A stretch of DNA of 64,000 nt from an uncultured Gemmatimonadales bacterium (GCA_963728915.1 CAVSLV010000001.1:800001-864000), one strand, 5' to 3'; counted from the first letter of the stretch, positions 1-10,039 are shown. Numbers and translations are program-made. Notes: a model not told the origin generated them from the letters alone.

Positions 1-471
1 GGCCCCGGTGGTCGCAGCCACGAAATCCAGCGACTCATCGGGCGCTCGCTCCGGGCCGCCATAGGAACGATGGCCTTCGGCGAATTCACCATCCGAATCG
101 ATTGCGATGTGCTCCAGGCCGATGGGGGCACGCGAACCGCGGCCATTACCGGGGGATGCGTCGCCCTGGCCGATGCCTGCCAGTGGCTGGCCGGACGCAC
201 CGGTCTCCCCTCTCCTTTCGGTGGGCTGGTGGCGGCCGTCTCGGTCGGCATCGTCGAGGGCGAGGTACGCCTCGATTTGTCGTACGCCGAGGACAAGGAC
301 GCCGACGTCGATGCCAACGTCGTCATGCTGGAGCCCGGCAGGTTCGTGGAAGTGCAGGGAACGGCCGAAGGCGCCACCTACTCCCGGGAGGAGCTGGACC
401 GGCTCCTTGACACCGCCCATCGTGGCATTGCGGAACTCTTCGCGGCCCAGCGTAAAATCCTGAACCGGTGA
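1..471 (+). CDS. rph: Ribonuclease PH (5' partial)
   Basis: Frame open from base 1: [17 protein letters not shown]...[18 protein letters not shown]...[10 protein letters not shown], typical RNase PH motifs; followed by rdgB. Confidence 0.97.
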   Translation, partial: GPGGRSHEIQRLIGRSLRAAIGTMAFGEFTIRIDCDVLQADGGTRTAAITGGCVALADACQWLAGRTGLPSPFGGLVAAVSVGIVEGEVRLDLSYAEDKDADVDANVVMLEPGRFVEVQGTAEGATYSREELDRLLDTAHRGIAELFAAQRKILNR

Positions 472-1103
472 AGCTCCTGGTGGCAACCCGAAGCGGGGGC
501 AAGCAGCGGGAAGTCCTGCGGCTCCTGGCCGGGACATCCTTCGAGGTGCTCTTCCCCGACCAGGCGGGCATCTATCCGTCGGCCATCGAGGAGACCCTGG
601 AGATGGGCGTGAGCTTCGAGGCCAATGCCCGCGCCAAGGCCGAGTACTTCGCGAAACAGTCGGGCCTTCCCACGGTGGCGGATGACAGCGGCCTGGAAGT
701 TCTCGCCCTGGGTGGCGAACCCGGAGTGCGCTCGAAGCGCTGGGCCGGAGCGCAGGGCAGCGAACCGGAAGTCGATGCGGCGAACAACGCACTCCTTCTG
801 GCCCGGCTCGCCGGAGCGCCGGCCCAGAAGCGCCGGGCCCGCTACCGTTGCGTGTTGGTGCTCTACCGGACCGCGCGAGCCTTTCCCGAAACCCTCCAGG
901 GCCAGTGCCCCGGGATCATTCTCGAGGAGCCTCGGGGAACCGGCGGCTTCGGATACGACCCCCTGTTCTATTCCGAAGAGCTGGGCAAGTCGTTCGCCGA
1001 AGCCGATCCCGAGGAGAAAGACTCGGTGAGCCACCGAGGACGGGCCTTTCGCGAGCTCCGCGCCGCCCTCGAGGCGGCGGAACCGACTTCCCAGGAGACC
1101 TGA
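468..1103 (+). CDS. rdgB: Non-canonical purine NTP pyrophosphatase (RdgB/HAM1)
   Basis: [18 protein letters not shown] motifs; GTGA overlap with the rph stop. Confidence 0.95.
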   Translation: MKLLVATRSGGKQREVLRLLAGTSFEVLFPDQAGIYPSAIEETLEMGVSFEANARAKAEYFAKQSGLPTVADDSGLEVLALGGEPGVRSKRWAGAQGSEPEVDAANNALLLARLAGAPAQKRRARYRCVLVLYRTARAFPETLQGQCPGIILEEPRGTGGFGYDPLFYSEELGKSFAEADPEEKDSVSHRGRAFRELRAALEAAEPTSQET

Positions 1104-1105
1104 TC

Positions 1106-1888
1106 ATGCCGCTGCCCGCAGTCCCCGAGAACATGCTGCGCTCGAAGCTTGCCGCCGGAAAGACCGTCGTCGGCGCCATGATCGTGGAATTCCGCCAGCC
1201 AAGCCTGATGACCATGCTGGCGGATGCGGGGCTCGATTTCGCGTTGATCGACAACGAGCATGGACCCTTCTCGATCGAGTCGATCGCCGGCCTGAGCCGC
1301 GCCGGATGCGCTGCCGGCATCACACCCATCGTGCGTATTCCGGAGCTGACCTATGCGCACGTCGCCCAGTCCCTGGACGGCGGCGGGCAGGGAATCATGT
1401 TGCCCCGCGTCACCGACCCGGAACAGATCCGGTTCTGTCTCGAATGCATGAAGTACACGCCCGACGGAAGGCGGGGCGTGGTGGTGGGACGCGGGCACAC
1501 CGGGTTTCGAACCGGGCCGCTCCGCGAGATCCTCGACGCGATGAACCGGGAGACTTTTCTGATCGTTCAGATCGAAACCCGCGAGGCCGTCGAGCGTATC
1601 GATGAGCTGCTCGCGGTGCCGGGAGTGGACGCCGCCCTGATCGGCCCCACTGACCTTTCGGTGGCCCTGGGCGTGCCCGGAAAGATGGATGACCCGGTCC
1701 TGGTCGGCGCCATCGAGCGCGTGAAGGCCGCGTGCCTGGTCCACAACGTCACGCCGGCCATTCACACCAATGACGTGGCAATGACCGCCCACTGGGCCCG
1801 CCAGGGCATGCGGCTGGTCAGCATCAGCAGCGAAGTGGGACTGCTCATGGCCGGGGTGCGCCAGGCGGTCCAGGCGATCCGCTCCTGA
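1106..1888 (+). CDS. HpcH/HpaI aldolase/citrate lyase family protein
   Basis: IDNEHGP, VQIETREAV, IGPTDLS motifs; ATG at 1106 just after the rdgB stop. Confidence 0.9.
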   Translation: MPLPAVPENMLRSKLAAGKTVVGAMIVEFRQPSLMTMLADAGLDFALIDNEHGPFSIESIAGLSRAGCAAGITPIVRIPELTYAHVAQSLDGGGQGIMLPRVTDPEQIRFCLECMKYTPDGRRGVVVGRGHTGFRTGPLREILDAMNRETFLIVQIETREAVERIDELLAVPGVDAALIGPTDLSVALGVPGKMDDPVLVGAIERVKAACLVHNVTPAIHTNDVAMTAHWARQGMRLVSISSEVGLLMAGVRQAVQAIRS

Positions 1889-1943
1889 CGGTCCGGCCGT
1901 CTGCCAGTCCGCCGGTCCGCCTTTCCGCTTACTTTCTGCGTGA

Positions 1944-2017
1944 CGGGGCGTAGCTCAGCCCGGTAGAGCGCCTGCTTTGGGAGCAGGAAGTCGCCGGTTC
2001 AAATCCGGCCGCCCCGA
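1944..2017 (+). tRNA. tRNA-Pro(TGG)
   Basis: Acceptor CGGGGCG/CGCCCCG, anticodon arm CCTGC-TTTGGGA-GCAGG, T-loop TTCAAAT; CCA not encoded. Confidence 0.97.
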
Positions 2018-2997
2018 TTCACTTCTCCCGCCCGGCGAAGGGTAGCGAGGAGATCCTTCCGCGGTTCCCCAAGCCACTCCCGCAAGCACTGGAATCCCGC
2101 CTCGCCATCCTGGCGCAGCACCCGCGCTAACGCCGCGAGCCCGGATTGGGCTCCCCGTGGCGGGGCTCCCGCGGTCGGCCCACCCGTCTCTCCCAGTTCC
2201 CCAAGCAGCTCGTGACCCAACCGTTCCGCTCGACCGGCATTGGCAACGAGAAGGGCCTCGCGGAGCTCTCTCGCCATCACGTGGCAGTCCGTCACCGTCC
2301 CGAGCAGATCCTGGAGCCCGCGCAGCAGCTCGATCGCTTCGGGAGCGTGGTCCAGCTCGACGGCAAAAGGCTCCAGCAGGTAGCGGACCCGCTTGGCAGC
2401 AATTCTCGCGGCATGGATCTCAGGCGCGGCGGTGAGGTCCCGGATCTCATCGAGGCGGTCGCCAAGGAGGCCGGTTTCCCGACGAAGCAGGCGCCGCACC
2501 ACCAGCTCCGCCCCGGGAGTCCCCGAGCCGATTGACCGCCGCGAAACCGACTGCCTCAGTCCCCGGCTGATCCGCTGGCGGAGCCCCGCATCGCGGTCAC
2601 CGATCCGGACTCGCATGTGCTGGTTGTGATGGGCCAGCCGCGCCTCGAGTCGCCGGGTCAACCATCGGGCCCCGGTTCGTTGTCGTGGGGTCAGATCAGC
2701 GCGATGGTGTTCGATCCAGTCAAGGTGCACCTCGAGATTTCGGGACGGACTCGTCAGCCGCATCAGTCGCCGAAGCCGGCGCCTGGCGCTTCGCGGGAGC
2801 TCCGGCAACCAGGGCTGGAAGACCCGGAGGAGACTCCGGAGCCGGCGGATCGAAGTACGGTAATCGTGAAGGGCTTCCGGATCGGTAGCCGCGCCGAGGC
2901 GGCGGGCTTCAACGTTCCACCGCGCCAGCTGGGCTCGGACCACCCGGCGCGCTGCGTCCGGAATCGGGAGGTCCAGCATGACCAGCGGGGGCGCCAT
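1999..2997 (-). CDS. CHAD domain protein (polyphosphate-binding family)
   Basis: EALHDYRTSIRRLRS, IHAARIAAKRVRYLLE, LQDLLG motifs. Confidence 0.88.
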   Translation of the reverse strand: MAPPLVMLDLPIPDAARRVVRAQLARWNVEARRLGAATDPEALHDYRTSIRRLRSLLRVFQPWLPELPRSARRRLRRLMRLTSPSRNLEVHLDWIEHHRADLTPRQRTGARWLTRRLEARLAHHNQHMRVRIGDRDAGLRQRISRGLRQSVSRRSIGSGTPGAELVVRRLLRRETGLLGDRLDEIRDLTAAPEIHAARIAAKRVRYLLEPFAVELDHAPEAIELLRGLQDLLGTVTDCHVMARELREALLVANAGRAERLGHELLGELGETGGPTAGAPPRGAQSGLAALARVLRQDGEAGFQCLREWLGEPRKDLLATLRRAGEVNRGGRI

Positions 2998-3074
2998 CCC
3001 GGTAAGCTGGAGGACGATGCCCGCTTGGGCTAGGGGTTCGCCCCAACCCGCACCCTGCTAGTTTTGGAGAACCG

Positions 3075-3148
3075 GCGCCCGTAGCTCAGCTGGATAGAGC
3101 ATCGGCCTTCTAAGCCGAGGGTCGTGCGTTCGAATCGCACCGGGCGCG
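3075..3148 (+). tRNA. tRNA-Arg(TCT)
   Basis: Acceptor GCGCCCG/CGGGCGC, anticodon arm TCGGC-CTTCTAA-GCCGA, TTCGAAT T-loop; CCA not encoded. Confidence 0.97.
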
Positions 3149-3173
3149 CTCGTTCCGAAGCAGGAGGAGAAGC

Positions 3174-4295
3174 ATGACCACCCAGACGCTCGCCCAGCCC
3201 CCGGTCACCGACACCTTTCCCATCAACGGGACCGATTTCGTCGAGCTGTACGTCGGCAACGCCAAACAGTCCGCGATCTTCTACGAGACCGCGTTCGGGT
3301 TCCGCCGGGTGGCCTATCGGGGCCCGGAAACCGGCACCCGGGATCGCTCCAGTTATGTGCTCCAGCAGGACAAGATCCGGCTGGTCCTCACCACCCCGAT
3401 GGAGCCGGATCACCCGATCGCCCGGCACGTGCTCCAGCACGGGGATGGCGTCCACGACCTCGCCCTCTGGGTCGACGATGCCCGGGATGCGTTCGAGAAG
3501 GCGGTGGGCCGCGGGGCCCGGCCGGCGCAGGAGCCCACCGTGCTGCGTGACGACCACGGCGAGGCCGTCGTCGCGGGCATCCGGACTTACGGAGAGACCA
3601 TTCATTCGCTCATCGAGCGCCGCAACTATCGCGGGCCCTTCCTTCCGGGGTTCGAGGCGCTGGCCGGCGTCTATCAGCCGAAGCCGGCGGGCCTCAAGTA
3701 CATCGACCATTGCGTCGGGAACGTCGAGCTCGGCAAAATGAACGAGTGGGTCGCGTTCTATCGCGACGTCCTGGGGTTCAGCCAGATCATCAGCTTCGAC
3801 GACAAGGATATCTCCACCGAATACAGTGCCCTGATGTCGAAGGTGATGGCGAATGGAAACGGACGCATCAAGTTCCCGATCAATGAGCCGGCCGAGGGGC
3901 GGAAGAAGAGCCAGATCGACGAATACCTCGAGTTCTACCGGGGCCCTGGGGTGCAGCACATGGCCCTGGCCACCGACGACATCATCACCACCGTCACCCA
4001 GCTCCGCGATCACGGGGTCGAGTTCCTCCAGGTGCCCGGTTCCTACTACGACTCGGTTCCCGACCGGGTCGGGAAGATCGACGAACAGCTCGACGCCCTC
4101 AAGAAGCTCGGGATCCTGGTGGATCGCGACGACGAAGGGTACCTGCTCCAGATTTTCACCAAGCCGGTCCAGGATCGGCCCACCCTCTTCTACGAAATCA
4201 TCCAGCGCAAGGGAGCGAAGAGCTTCGGGAAGGGGAACTTCAAGGCGCTCTTCGAGGCCATCGAACGGGAGCAGGCTCGCCGGGGCAATCTCTGA
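3174..4295 (+). CDS. hppD: 4-hydroxyphenylpyruvate dioxygenase
   Basis: [46 protein letters not shown]. Confidence 0.97.
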   Translation: MTTQTLAQPPVTDTFPINGTDFVELYVGNAKQSAIFYETAFGFRRVAYRGPETGTRDRSSYVLQQDKIRLVLTTPMEPDHPIARHVLQHGDGVHDLALWVDDARDAFEKAVGRGARPAQEPTVLRDDHGEAVVAGIRTYGETIHSLIERRNYRGPFLPGFEALAGVYQPKPAGLKYIDHCVGNVELGKMNEWVAFYRDVLGFSQIISFDDKDISTEYSALMSKVMANGNGRIKFPINEPAEGRKKSQIDEYLEFYRGPGVQHMALATDDIITTVTQLRDHGVEFLQVPGSYYDSVPDRVGKIDEQLDALKKLGILVDRDDEGYLLQIFTKPVQDRPTLFYEIIQRKGAKSFGKGNFKALFEAIEREQARRGNL

Positions 4296-5479
4296 TGCCG
4301 GTGTACCACACTCTCGGCCGGATCCCCCGGAAGCGGCATATCGCGTTTCGGAAGCCTGACGGCGGTCTCTACGCCGAGGAGCTGATGGGGAACGAAGGGT
4401 TCACCGGTCCGGCGGCATTGCTCTATCACGTCCAGCCCCCCACGACCGTGCTCGAGGTGAAGCGGCTTCGCGATCTCTGCTGGGAAGCCGATCCCGACCG
4501 GACCCTCCGGCATCGCCATTTCCTCACCGCCCAGCTCCCCGATGGAGGAAGCCCCACCCTGGACCGCACCCCGCTTCTGTTCAACCAGGATATCGGGATG
4601 CTGTTCTCCCGGCCCACAGTGGAGGATCCCCACTTCTACAAGAACGCCCAGGCCGATGAAGTGGTGTACGTGGGAGAGGGACACGGCGTGCTGGAGACGC
4701 CCTTCGGGGACCTGCCCTATCGCCAGGGAGACTACCTGGTCATCCATCGCGGGATCCTGCATCGCTACCGGATGAACCAGGAGCCGCACCGGCTGCTGAT
4801 CTTCGAGAGCCGGGGTTATGTCAGAACTCCCAAGCGCTATCGCAACGAGTACGGCCAGATCGTCGAAGGCGCGCCGTACAGCGAGCGCGATTTTCGGCGT
4901 CCCCTGGAGCTCAGGACCCACGAAGAAAAAGGCGAGTTCCCCCTCATCATCAAGCAGTATGACGGCCTCAATCAGTACACCCTCGATCACCACCCCTGTG
5001 ACGTGGTCGGCTGGGACGGGATGTTCTACCCCTGGGCCTTCAACATCGAAGACTTCGAACCGATCGTGGGGAAGGTGCATCAGCCCCCGCCGGTCCATCA
5101 GACCTTCCAGGGCGACGGGTTCGTGATCTGCTCCTTCTGCCCGAGGCCATACGATTTCCATCCCGAGGCGGTTCCCGCCCCGTACAACCACAGCAACGTG
5201 GACTCGGACGAGGTGTTGTACTACGCCAGCAGTGAGTTCATGAGCCGGAAGGGCATCGAGTACGGCAGCATCACACACCATCCGGATGGCATTCCCCATG
5301 GCCCGCATCCCGGCCGCGCCGAGGCCAGCATCGGGGCCAAGAGCACCAACGAGCTCGCGGTGATGATGGATTCGTTCCGGCCTCTGCACGTGGCGAAGGC
5401 GGCGCTTGGCATCGAGGATCCCAAGTATTTCCGGAGCTGGGTGGAGGGCAGGGAAGGCTTCAACCCGCCGACTTCATAA
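4295..5479 (+). CDS. hmgA: Homogentisate 1,2-dioxygenase
   Basis: HQPPPVH, PYNHSNVDSDEVLYY, GIPHGP; coupled to hppD. Confidence 0.95.
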   Translation: MPVYHTLGRIPRKRHIAFRKPDGGLYAEELMGNEGFTGPAALLYHVQPPTTVLEVKRLRDLCWEADPDRTLRHRHFLTAQLPDGGSPTLDRTPLLFNQDIGMLFSRPTVEDPHFYKNAQADEVVYVGEGHGVLETPFGDLPYRQGDYLVIHRGILHRYRMNQEPHRLLIFESRGYVRTPKRYRNEYGQIVEGAPYSERDFRRPLELRTHEEKGEFPLIIKQYDGLNQYTLDHHPCDVVGWDGMFYPWAFNIEDFEPIVGKVHQPPPVHQTFQGDGFVICSFCPRPYDFHPEAVPAPYNHSNVDSDEVLYYASSEFMSRKGIEYGSITHHPDGIPHGPHPGRAEASIGAKSTNELAVMMDSFRPLHVAKAALGIEDPKYFRSWVEGREGFNPPTS

Positions 5480-5545
5480 TTCAGGCGAGCTCAGAACCGG
5501 CAAAACCAAGCCAAACAATTCCTTAGATGACCCACTTCGGCGGTT

Positions 5546-5962
5546 TCACGGCCCATCGCGCGGCAGCAGCTTCGGGTTGCCGCGGATCTTTACGACCGAG
5601 AAATGGCGGAGATCGAGCGTGGCGATGGCTTCCGCGCCCACCCGCTCGGCGACGGCCATGACCACCGCATCGGTGAGCCCGAGCCGGAGAGTCTTGTACT
5701 TGCGAGCCATCTCGTTGGCCCGGGCCAGGTCGGCCGGCCCGCCCCAGTCGACCGCGAAGATTCCATCGGCGAGATCCGCTAGAAATGCCTCCTCGACCGC
5801 CGCGCCAAGCTGGCTGGAGGCCAGGTAGTCGACCTCCGGCAGGATCACCCAGGGAAGCAGCCAGTCGCCCGGAGAGGCCTCGAAGAGTTCCCGAAGCGTA
5901 CGATGGTGTTCCTCGTCGGCATCGAGCAGGGCGATGATCGCTCCGGTGTCAGCCACGATCAC
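5546..5962 (-). CDS. vapC: PIN-domain toxin (VapC family)
   Basis: MIVADTG..., PEVDY, LTDAVV, TLDLRHF acidic PIN residues. Confidence 0.9.
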   Translation of the reverse strand: MIVADTGAIIALLDADEEHHRTLRELFEASPGDWLLPWVILPEVDYLASSQLGAAVEEAFLADLADGIFAVDWGGPADLARANEMARKYKTLRLGLTDAVVMAVAERVGAEAIATLDLRHFSVVKIRGNPKLLPRDGP

Positions 5963-6195
5963 CGGTTCTGGCCCATCCCCTTGAGGAGCTTTTCCGCCCG
6001 GGCACCCAGGTTGGACCGGCCGCTTCGGCCCGCCCCCAGGCTTCGGGCGCGGGAGGCCGAATGGCGCCGGGCGTACTCGATCACCGCCTCGCGGACCAGC
6101 TCGGCGGTGGGACGCCGGGTTCGGGCGGCAAGCACCTGGAGCCGGCGGTAGCTCTCGGCATCCAGATAGACGGTCGTCTTGGTGGTCGGCGGCAT
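5959..6195 (-). CDS. vapB: Ribbon-helix-helix (CopG-like) antitoxin
   Basis: KTTVYLD...AELVREAVIEY; 4-nt overlap with the toxin; ATG at 6195. Confidence 0.85.
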   Translation of the reverse strand: MPPTTKTTVYLDAESYRRLQVLAARTRRPTAELVREAVIEYARRHSASRARSLGAGRSGRSNLGARAEKLLKGMGQNR

Positions 6196-6230
6196 ATGGT
6201 TACCATATATGGCAATTACTCGCGAGTCAA
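6194..6230 (-). promoter_or_regulatory. Sigma70-type leaderless promoter and operator palindromes of the TA module
   Basis: Minus strand TTGACT-17 nt-TATGGT-6 nt-ATG; inverted repeats ATATGGT-T-ACCATAT (6194-6208) and CCATATATGG (6203-6212). Confidence 0.7.
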
Positions 6231-6240
6231 GGTCCGCGGC

Positions 6241-6255
6241 TGGCGCCCTTGTTGC
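6241..6255 (+). promoter_or_regulatory. Candidate sigma54 (-24/-12) promoter
   Basis: TGGCGCCCTTGTTGC = GG-N10-GC, ~200 bp upstream of the HTH-EIIA/Ehr operon. Confidence 0.35.
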
Positions 6256-6453
6256 GGTCCGAGGTCCTCCGCGCACCGTACCGGGGATCCTGGCCGGATG
6301 GCTGGCGCAGAAGCGCGCGCGAAACCGGCACGGGCCGTCAAGCGCTTCTCCGCCTACAATGCCTGGTACTATTCTGGGGGTGATTCGGGACGCCTGGCTA
6401 TTGCGTCGAACTATCGTCTAACCTGCTGCCTGCCTTAGATTGCTGGCCTCGCC

Positions 6454-7164
6454 ATGCAGCTCACCATTCGGGAAGCCGGTTCATTCTTCGGAGTCAACGA
6501 GCAGACTATCCGCCGCTGGATCAGCCAGAGAGGCATGCCGGCGCACGAGGTGTACGAGCGGATCTATCTGAATCCTCTCGAGCTCTGGGAATGGGCGGTG
6601 GAAAACGGCATCCCGGTTTCCCGCGGTCTGCTCGACAAAGCCCGCCGAACCCCCGAAGAAATTCCCCCGCTCGCGGACCTGCTGCGCGCGGGAGGGATTT
6701 TCCATGACGTCGAGGGTACCACCAAGGCCGGGGTGCTCAGGGCAATGGTCGAGCGCCTCCCGCTCCCACCCGATCTCGACCGGGACTTTCTGCTCAACAT
6801 CTTCGAGGCGCGTGAGGCGATGGGCTCCACCGGGATTGGCGATGGCATCGCGATTCCCCACGTGCGGAACCCCGTGGTGCTCCATGTCGAACACCCTTTC
6901 GTGACCCTCTCTCTGCTCCGTCATCCGGTCGATTTCGACGCCCCCGACGGCAAGCCGGTCCATGCCCTCTTCCTGGTGGTAAGCCTCACGGTGCCGGCCC
7001 ACCTCAAGATCCTGGCGCAGCTCGGATTCGTCCTCCGGGATGAGCCGCTCCGCGAATTGCTGCGCGCCGCCGCTCCTCCGGAAGCCATTCTCGACCGGAT
7101 CGAATACGTGGAAGGAAGCCTCCGCACCGGTTCCTACGCTACGGTGAAGAACCCGTCCCGGTGA
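6454..7164 (+). CDS. HTH (excisionase-like) fused to PTS EIIA(Ntr)-like domain
   Basis: N-terminal LTIREAGSFFGVNEQTIRRWI; C-terminal REAMGSTGIGDGIAIPH and FDAPDGKPV. Confidence 0.88.
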   Translation: MQLTIREAGSFFGVNEQTIRRWISQRGMPAHEVYERIYLNPLELWEWAVENGIPVSRGLLDKARRTPEEIPPLADLLRAGGIFHDVEGTTKAGVLRAMVERLPLPPDLDRDFLLNIFEAREAMGSTGIGDGIAIPHVRNPVVLHVEHPFVTLSLLRHPVDFDAPDGKPVHALFLVVSLTVPAHLKILAQLGFVLRDEPLRELLRAAAPPEAILDRIEYVEGSLRTGSYATVKNPSR

Positions 7165-9122
7165 CGCTCCTCCTCGCGGGGATCGGCTTGCTCATCCTTG
7201 GCGGGGCGAGCAGTGCCTTGCTCCGCAACCGCCGGTTCGGCGAATCCCTTTTCCTGGGCTGCGTTCTGGGCGCCACCGTCCTGATCGGGATTCCCGCGAT
7301 TCAGGTCTTGCTTGGAGGGGCGTCGTTGTCGATGCGGCTGTCCGTGGGAGCGCCCGGCGGCGACTGGATGCTCGGCCTGGATCCCCTGTCCGCCGCGTTT
7401 CTCCTGACCATCATGATCCCCGGGGCCGCGAGCGCGGCATTCGGCGTCGGGTACCTGGTCCCCGAACGCTCCCACCGCGCCGTCTGGCTGAATCACGCCG
7501 GCTTCGGGTTTGTGCTCGCGGCTCTCGCGATGGTCGCGCTGGCGCGCTCCGTCCTGGTGTTCCTTGCGGCGTGGGAGCTGATGGCCCTGGGCTCCTATGT
7601 GCTCATTGTCACGGAGCACGAGCACCCGGCGGTACGCCGTTCCGGCCTGATTTACCTCGTGGCCACCCATGTCGGAACCCTGGCCCTGGTAGCGATGTTT
7701 GCGATCTGGATACAGGACCGGCCCGACTGGAGCTTCGCCGGCCTCCACGCTCTGAAGCGGGAAGGGCTGGTCTCCGCCGTGTTCGCCCTTGGGCTCGTCG
7801 GCTTCGGCATGAAGGCGGGGTTGGTTCCCTTCCATTTCTGGCTTCCCCCGGCGCACGCCGCGGCGCCCAGTCACGTGTCCGCCCTGCTCTCGGGTGTGGT
7901 AATCAAGGCCGGCGTCTACGGCCTCCTCCGGATCATTGCGCTCCTGGGCCCGCCGCCGGCCTGGTGGAGCTGGCTGGTGCTGTCGCTGGGCGTGATCTCC
8001 GCGGTGTTGGGCGTGTTATGGGCGCTGGTCCAGCACGATATCAAGCGGTTGCTGGCCTATCACAGCGTGGAGAACATCGGCATCATCCTGATCGGCATCG
8101 GGGTGGGTGGACTGGGCGCCCGGGCCGGCAGTCCGGCGGTCGCGCTGCTCGGGTTCGGCGCAGCGGTACTCCATACCATGAACCATGCCCTCTTCAAGAG
8201 CGCACTCTTCCTGGCCGCCGGTGCGGTCTATCGGGCGACCGGGACCCGGAACCTGGAACAGCTTGGCGGGCTGGGCCCCCGAATGCCGCTCACCTGGATC
8301 GGATTCCTGATCGGGGCTGTGGCCATTGTGGGCCTTCCTCCGCTCAACGGATTCGTCAGCGAGTGGTTGGCGTTCCTCGGCCTGCTCCGCGCCGGGCAAG
8401 CGTCGGGAGCGCTCCGGTTCGCCGTCTTCGCGATCCCGGCCCTTGCCCTGGTGGGAGGGCTCGCGCTGGCCTGCTTTGCCAAGGTTGCCGGGATCGTCTT
8501 TCTCGGGACGCCGCGGAGTCAGGCCGCCGCCGACGCCAGAGAAGCAGGGTGGCGGCTCACCGTTCCGGTCCTTGTCCTGGCGCTGGCCTGCATCGTGATC
8601 GGGGTGGTTCCGTTCCTGTTCTTGCGGCCGGTGCTGCTTGTCGGCGCGTCCATCGCCGGACTCCGCGAGTCGGTCATCGCTCCCATGCTGACCTCGGCGA
8701 CGGGGGACGCGACGCGGATATCCCTGCTCGCGGTGGCCCTGCTGATTCTTGGCGGCTCGATCGCCTTGATCCGCGGTTTCGCGGGACGGCGATACCGGGT
8801 CCGGAGAGGGGAAACCTGGGGCTGCGGGTATCCCGCCCCTACCAGCCGCATGCAGTACACCGCCTCCTCCTTCGCCGCTCCCCTGGCATCCCTCTTCGGC
8901 CCCATGGCCGGACTGCGACGACAGAGTGGAGCGACCGTCTTCCATTCCCATCCGGTGGACCTCGTGCTGGACGGGATCATGCAGCCTGCCTGGCGGCGGA
9001 TTCAGCGGATTGCCCTCCGCCTGCGTCCCATTCAGCAGGGTCGTCTGCACCTGTATCTGCTGTACGTGGTCATGACGGTGGTCGTCCTGCTGCTCTACCT
9101 CGTATGGTCCCCAGCTCCCTAG
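7161..9122 (+). CDS. hyfB: Hydrogenase-4 component B-like antiporter subunit (Ehr complex)
   Basis: Hydrophobic; PFHFWLPPAHAAAPS, KRLLAYHSVENIG, LPPLNGFVSEW, TWGCGY. Confidence 0.9.
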   Translation: MTLLLAGIGLLILGGASSALLRNRRFGESLFLGCVLGATVLIGIPAIQVLLGGASLSMRLSVGAPGGDWMLGLDPLSAAFLLTIMIPGAASAAFGVGYLVPERSHRAVWLNHAGFGFVLAALAMVALARSVLVFLAAWELMALGSYVLIVTEHEHPAVRRSGLIYLVATHVGTLALVAMFAIWIQDRPDWSFAGLHALKREGLVSAVFALGLVGFGMKAGLVPFHFWLPPAHAAAPSHVSALLSGVVIKAGVYGLLRIIALLGPPPAWWSWLVLSLGVISAVLGVLWALVQHDIKRLLAYHSVENIGIILIGIGVGGLGARAGSPAVALLGFGAAVLHTMNHALFKSALFLAAGAVYRATGTRNLEQLGGLGPRMPLTWIGFLIGAVAIVGLPPLNGFVSEWLAFLGLLRAGQASGALRFAVFAIPALALVGGLALACFAKVAGIVFLGTPRSQAAADAREAGWRLTVPVLVLALACIVIGVVPFLFLRPVLLVGASIAGLRESVIAPMLTSATGDATRISLLAVALLILGGSIALIRGFAGRRYRVRRGETWGCGYPAPTSRMQYTASSFAAPLASLFGPMAGLRRQSGATVFHSHPVDLVLDGIMQPAWRRIQRIALRLRPIQQGRLHLYLLYVVMTVVVLLLYLVWSPAP

Positions 9123-9126
9123 GCGC

Positions 9127-10035
9127 ATGATCTCGAGCCTGGTCTCGCTGGTTCTCCTTCTCGCACTGGCGCCGCTGGTTCCCGGCGTTGCCACCCGGAC
9201 CCGGGCCTTCCTGACCGGGAGGAAAGGGGCACCGGTCTTCCAGCTCTACGCCGACCTGGCCAAGCTGTTTCGCCGCGGTGTGGTCTACAGCACGACGACC
9301 ACCGTGGTGTTCCGGATTGCTCCCGTGGCGGCGGTTGCCACCGCCGTCGCGGCCGCCCTCCTGGTTCCGCTCGATGGAGAGGCGGCGATCGTGGTTTTCT
9401 CGGGGGACGTGCTCGGCTTCGCGTATCTCCTCGGGCTGGGCCGGTTCCTTCTGGTCCTCGGCGCGCTCGATACCGGCTCCAGCTTCGAAGGAATGGGCGC
9501 CAGTCGCGAAGTGACCTTCGCCAGCCTGGTGGAGCTCGGCCTCTTCTTCGGCTTTGCCGCGCTTGGCGTGGCGACGGGCGAACTCTCCCTTTCCGGAATG
9601 TTCGGCATCGTCTCGGGAGAATCCCCGGCCCTGGCGGGTCCCGCGCTCGTGATGGTCGCAGTCGCGCTGTTCGGTCTTCTCCTGGCCGAGGGCTCCCGGG
9701 TTCCCGTGGATGATCCGGCGACTCACCTGGAGCTCACCATGATCCACGAGGTCATGATCCTCGACCATAGTGGACCGGACCTGGCGCTCCTCCTCTATGG
9801 GAGTGCCCTCAAGCTCGCGCTCTTCGGCAGCCTGGTGGTCAGTCTCATCCTGCCCCGCGCCGGCTTGCCCCTGCCGCTCTGGTTGCTCGAATTGAGCGTC
9901 GGCCTGGTCGGGATCGGCATGGCCATCGGAACCGTGGAGTCGGCCATGGCTCGGCTCCGCCTTCCCAGAGTGCCCCTGTACATCGTGGGCGCCGCGGCCC
10001 TCGCCGGATTCAGTCTCATGCTGGTCCTCGGTTGA
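9127..10035 (+). CDS. hyfC: HyfC/NuoH-like membrane subunit
   Basis: GSSFEGMGASRE, RVPVDDPATHLELTMIHE. Confidence 0.9.
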   Translation: MISSLVSLVLLLALAPLVPGVATRTRAFLTGRKGAPVFQLYADLAKLFRRGVVYSTTTTVVFRIAPVAAVATAVAAALLVPLDGEAAIVVFSGDVLGFAYLLGLGRFLLVLGALDTGSSFEGMGASREVTFASLVELGLFFGFAALGVATGELSLSGMFGIVSGESPALAGPALVMVAVALFGLLLAEGSRVPVDDPATHLELTMIHEVMILDHSGPDLALLLYGSALKLALFGSLVVSLILPRAGLPLPLWLLELSVGLVGIGMAIGTVESAMARLRLPRVPLYIVGAAALAGFSLMLVLG

Positions 10036-10039
10036 CCCC

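Noticed and set aside
848..1105. N-terminal extension of the aldolase
   Set aside because: Overlaps rdgB out of frame; ATG at 1106
1944..3148. Integrative element at tRNA-Pro or tRNA-Arg
   Set aside because: No integrase and no duplicated tRNA 3' end noticed in the window
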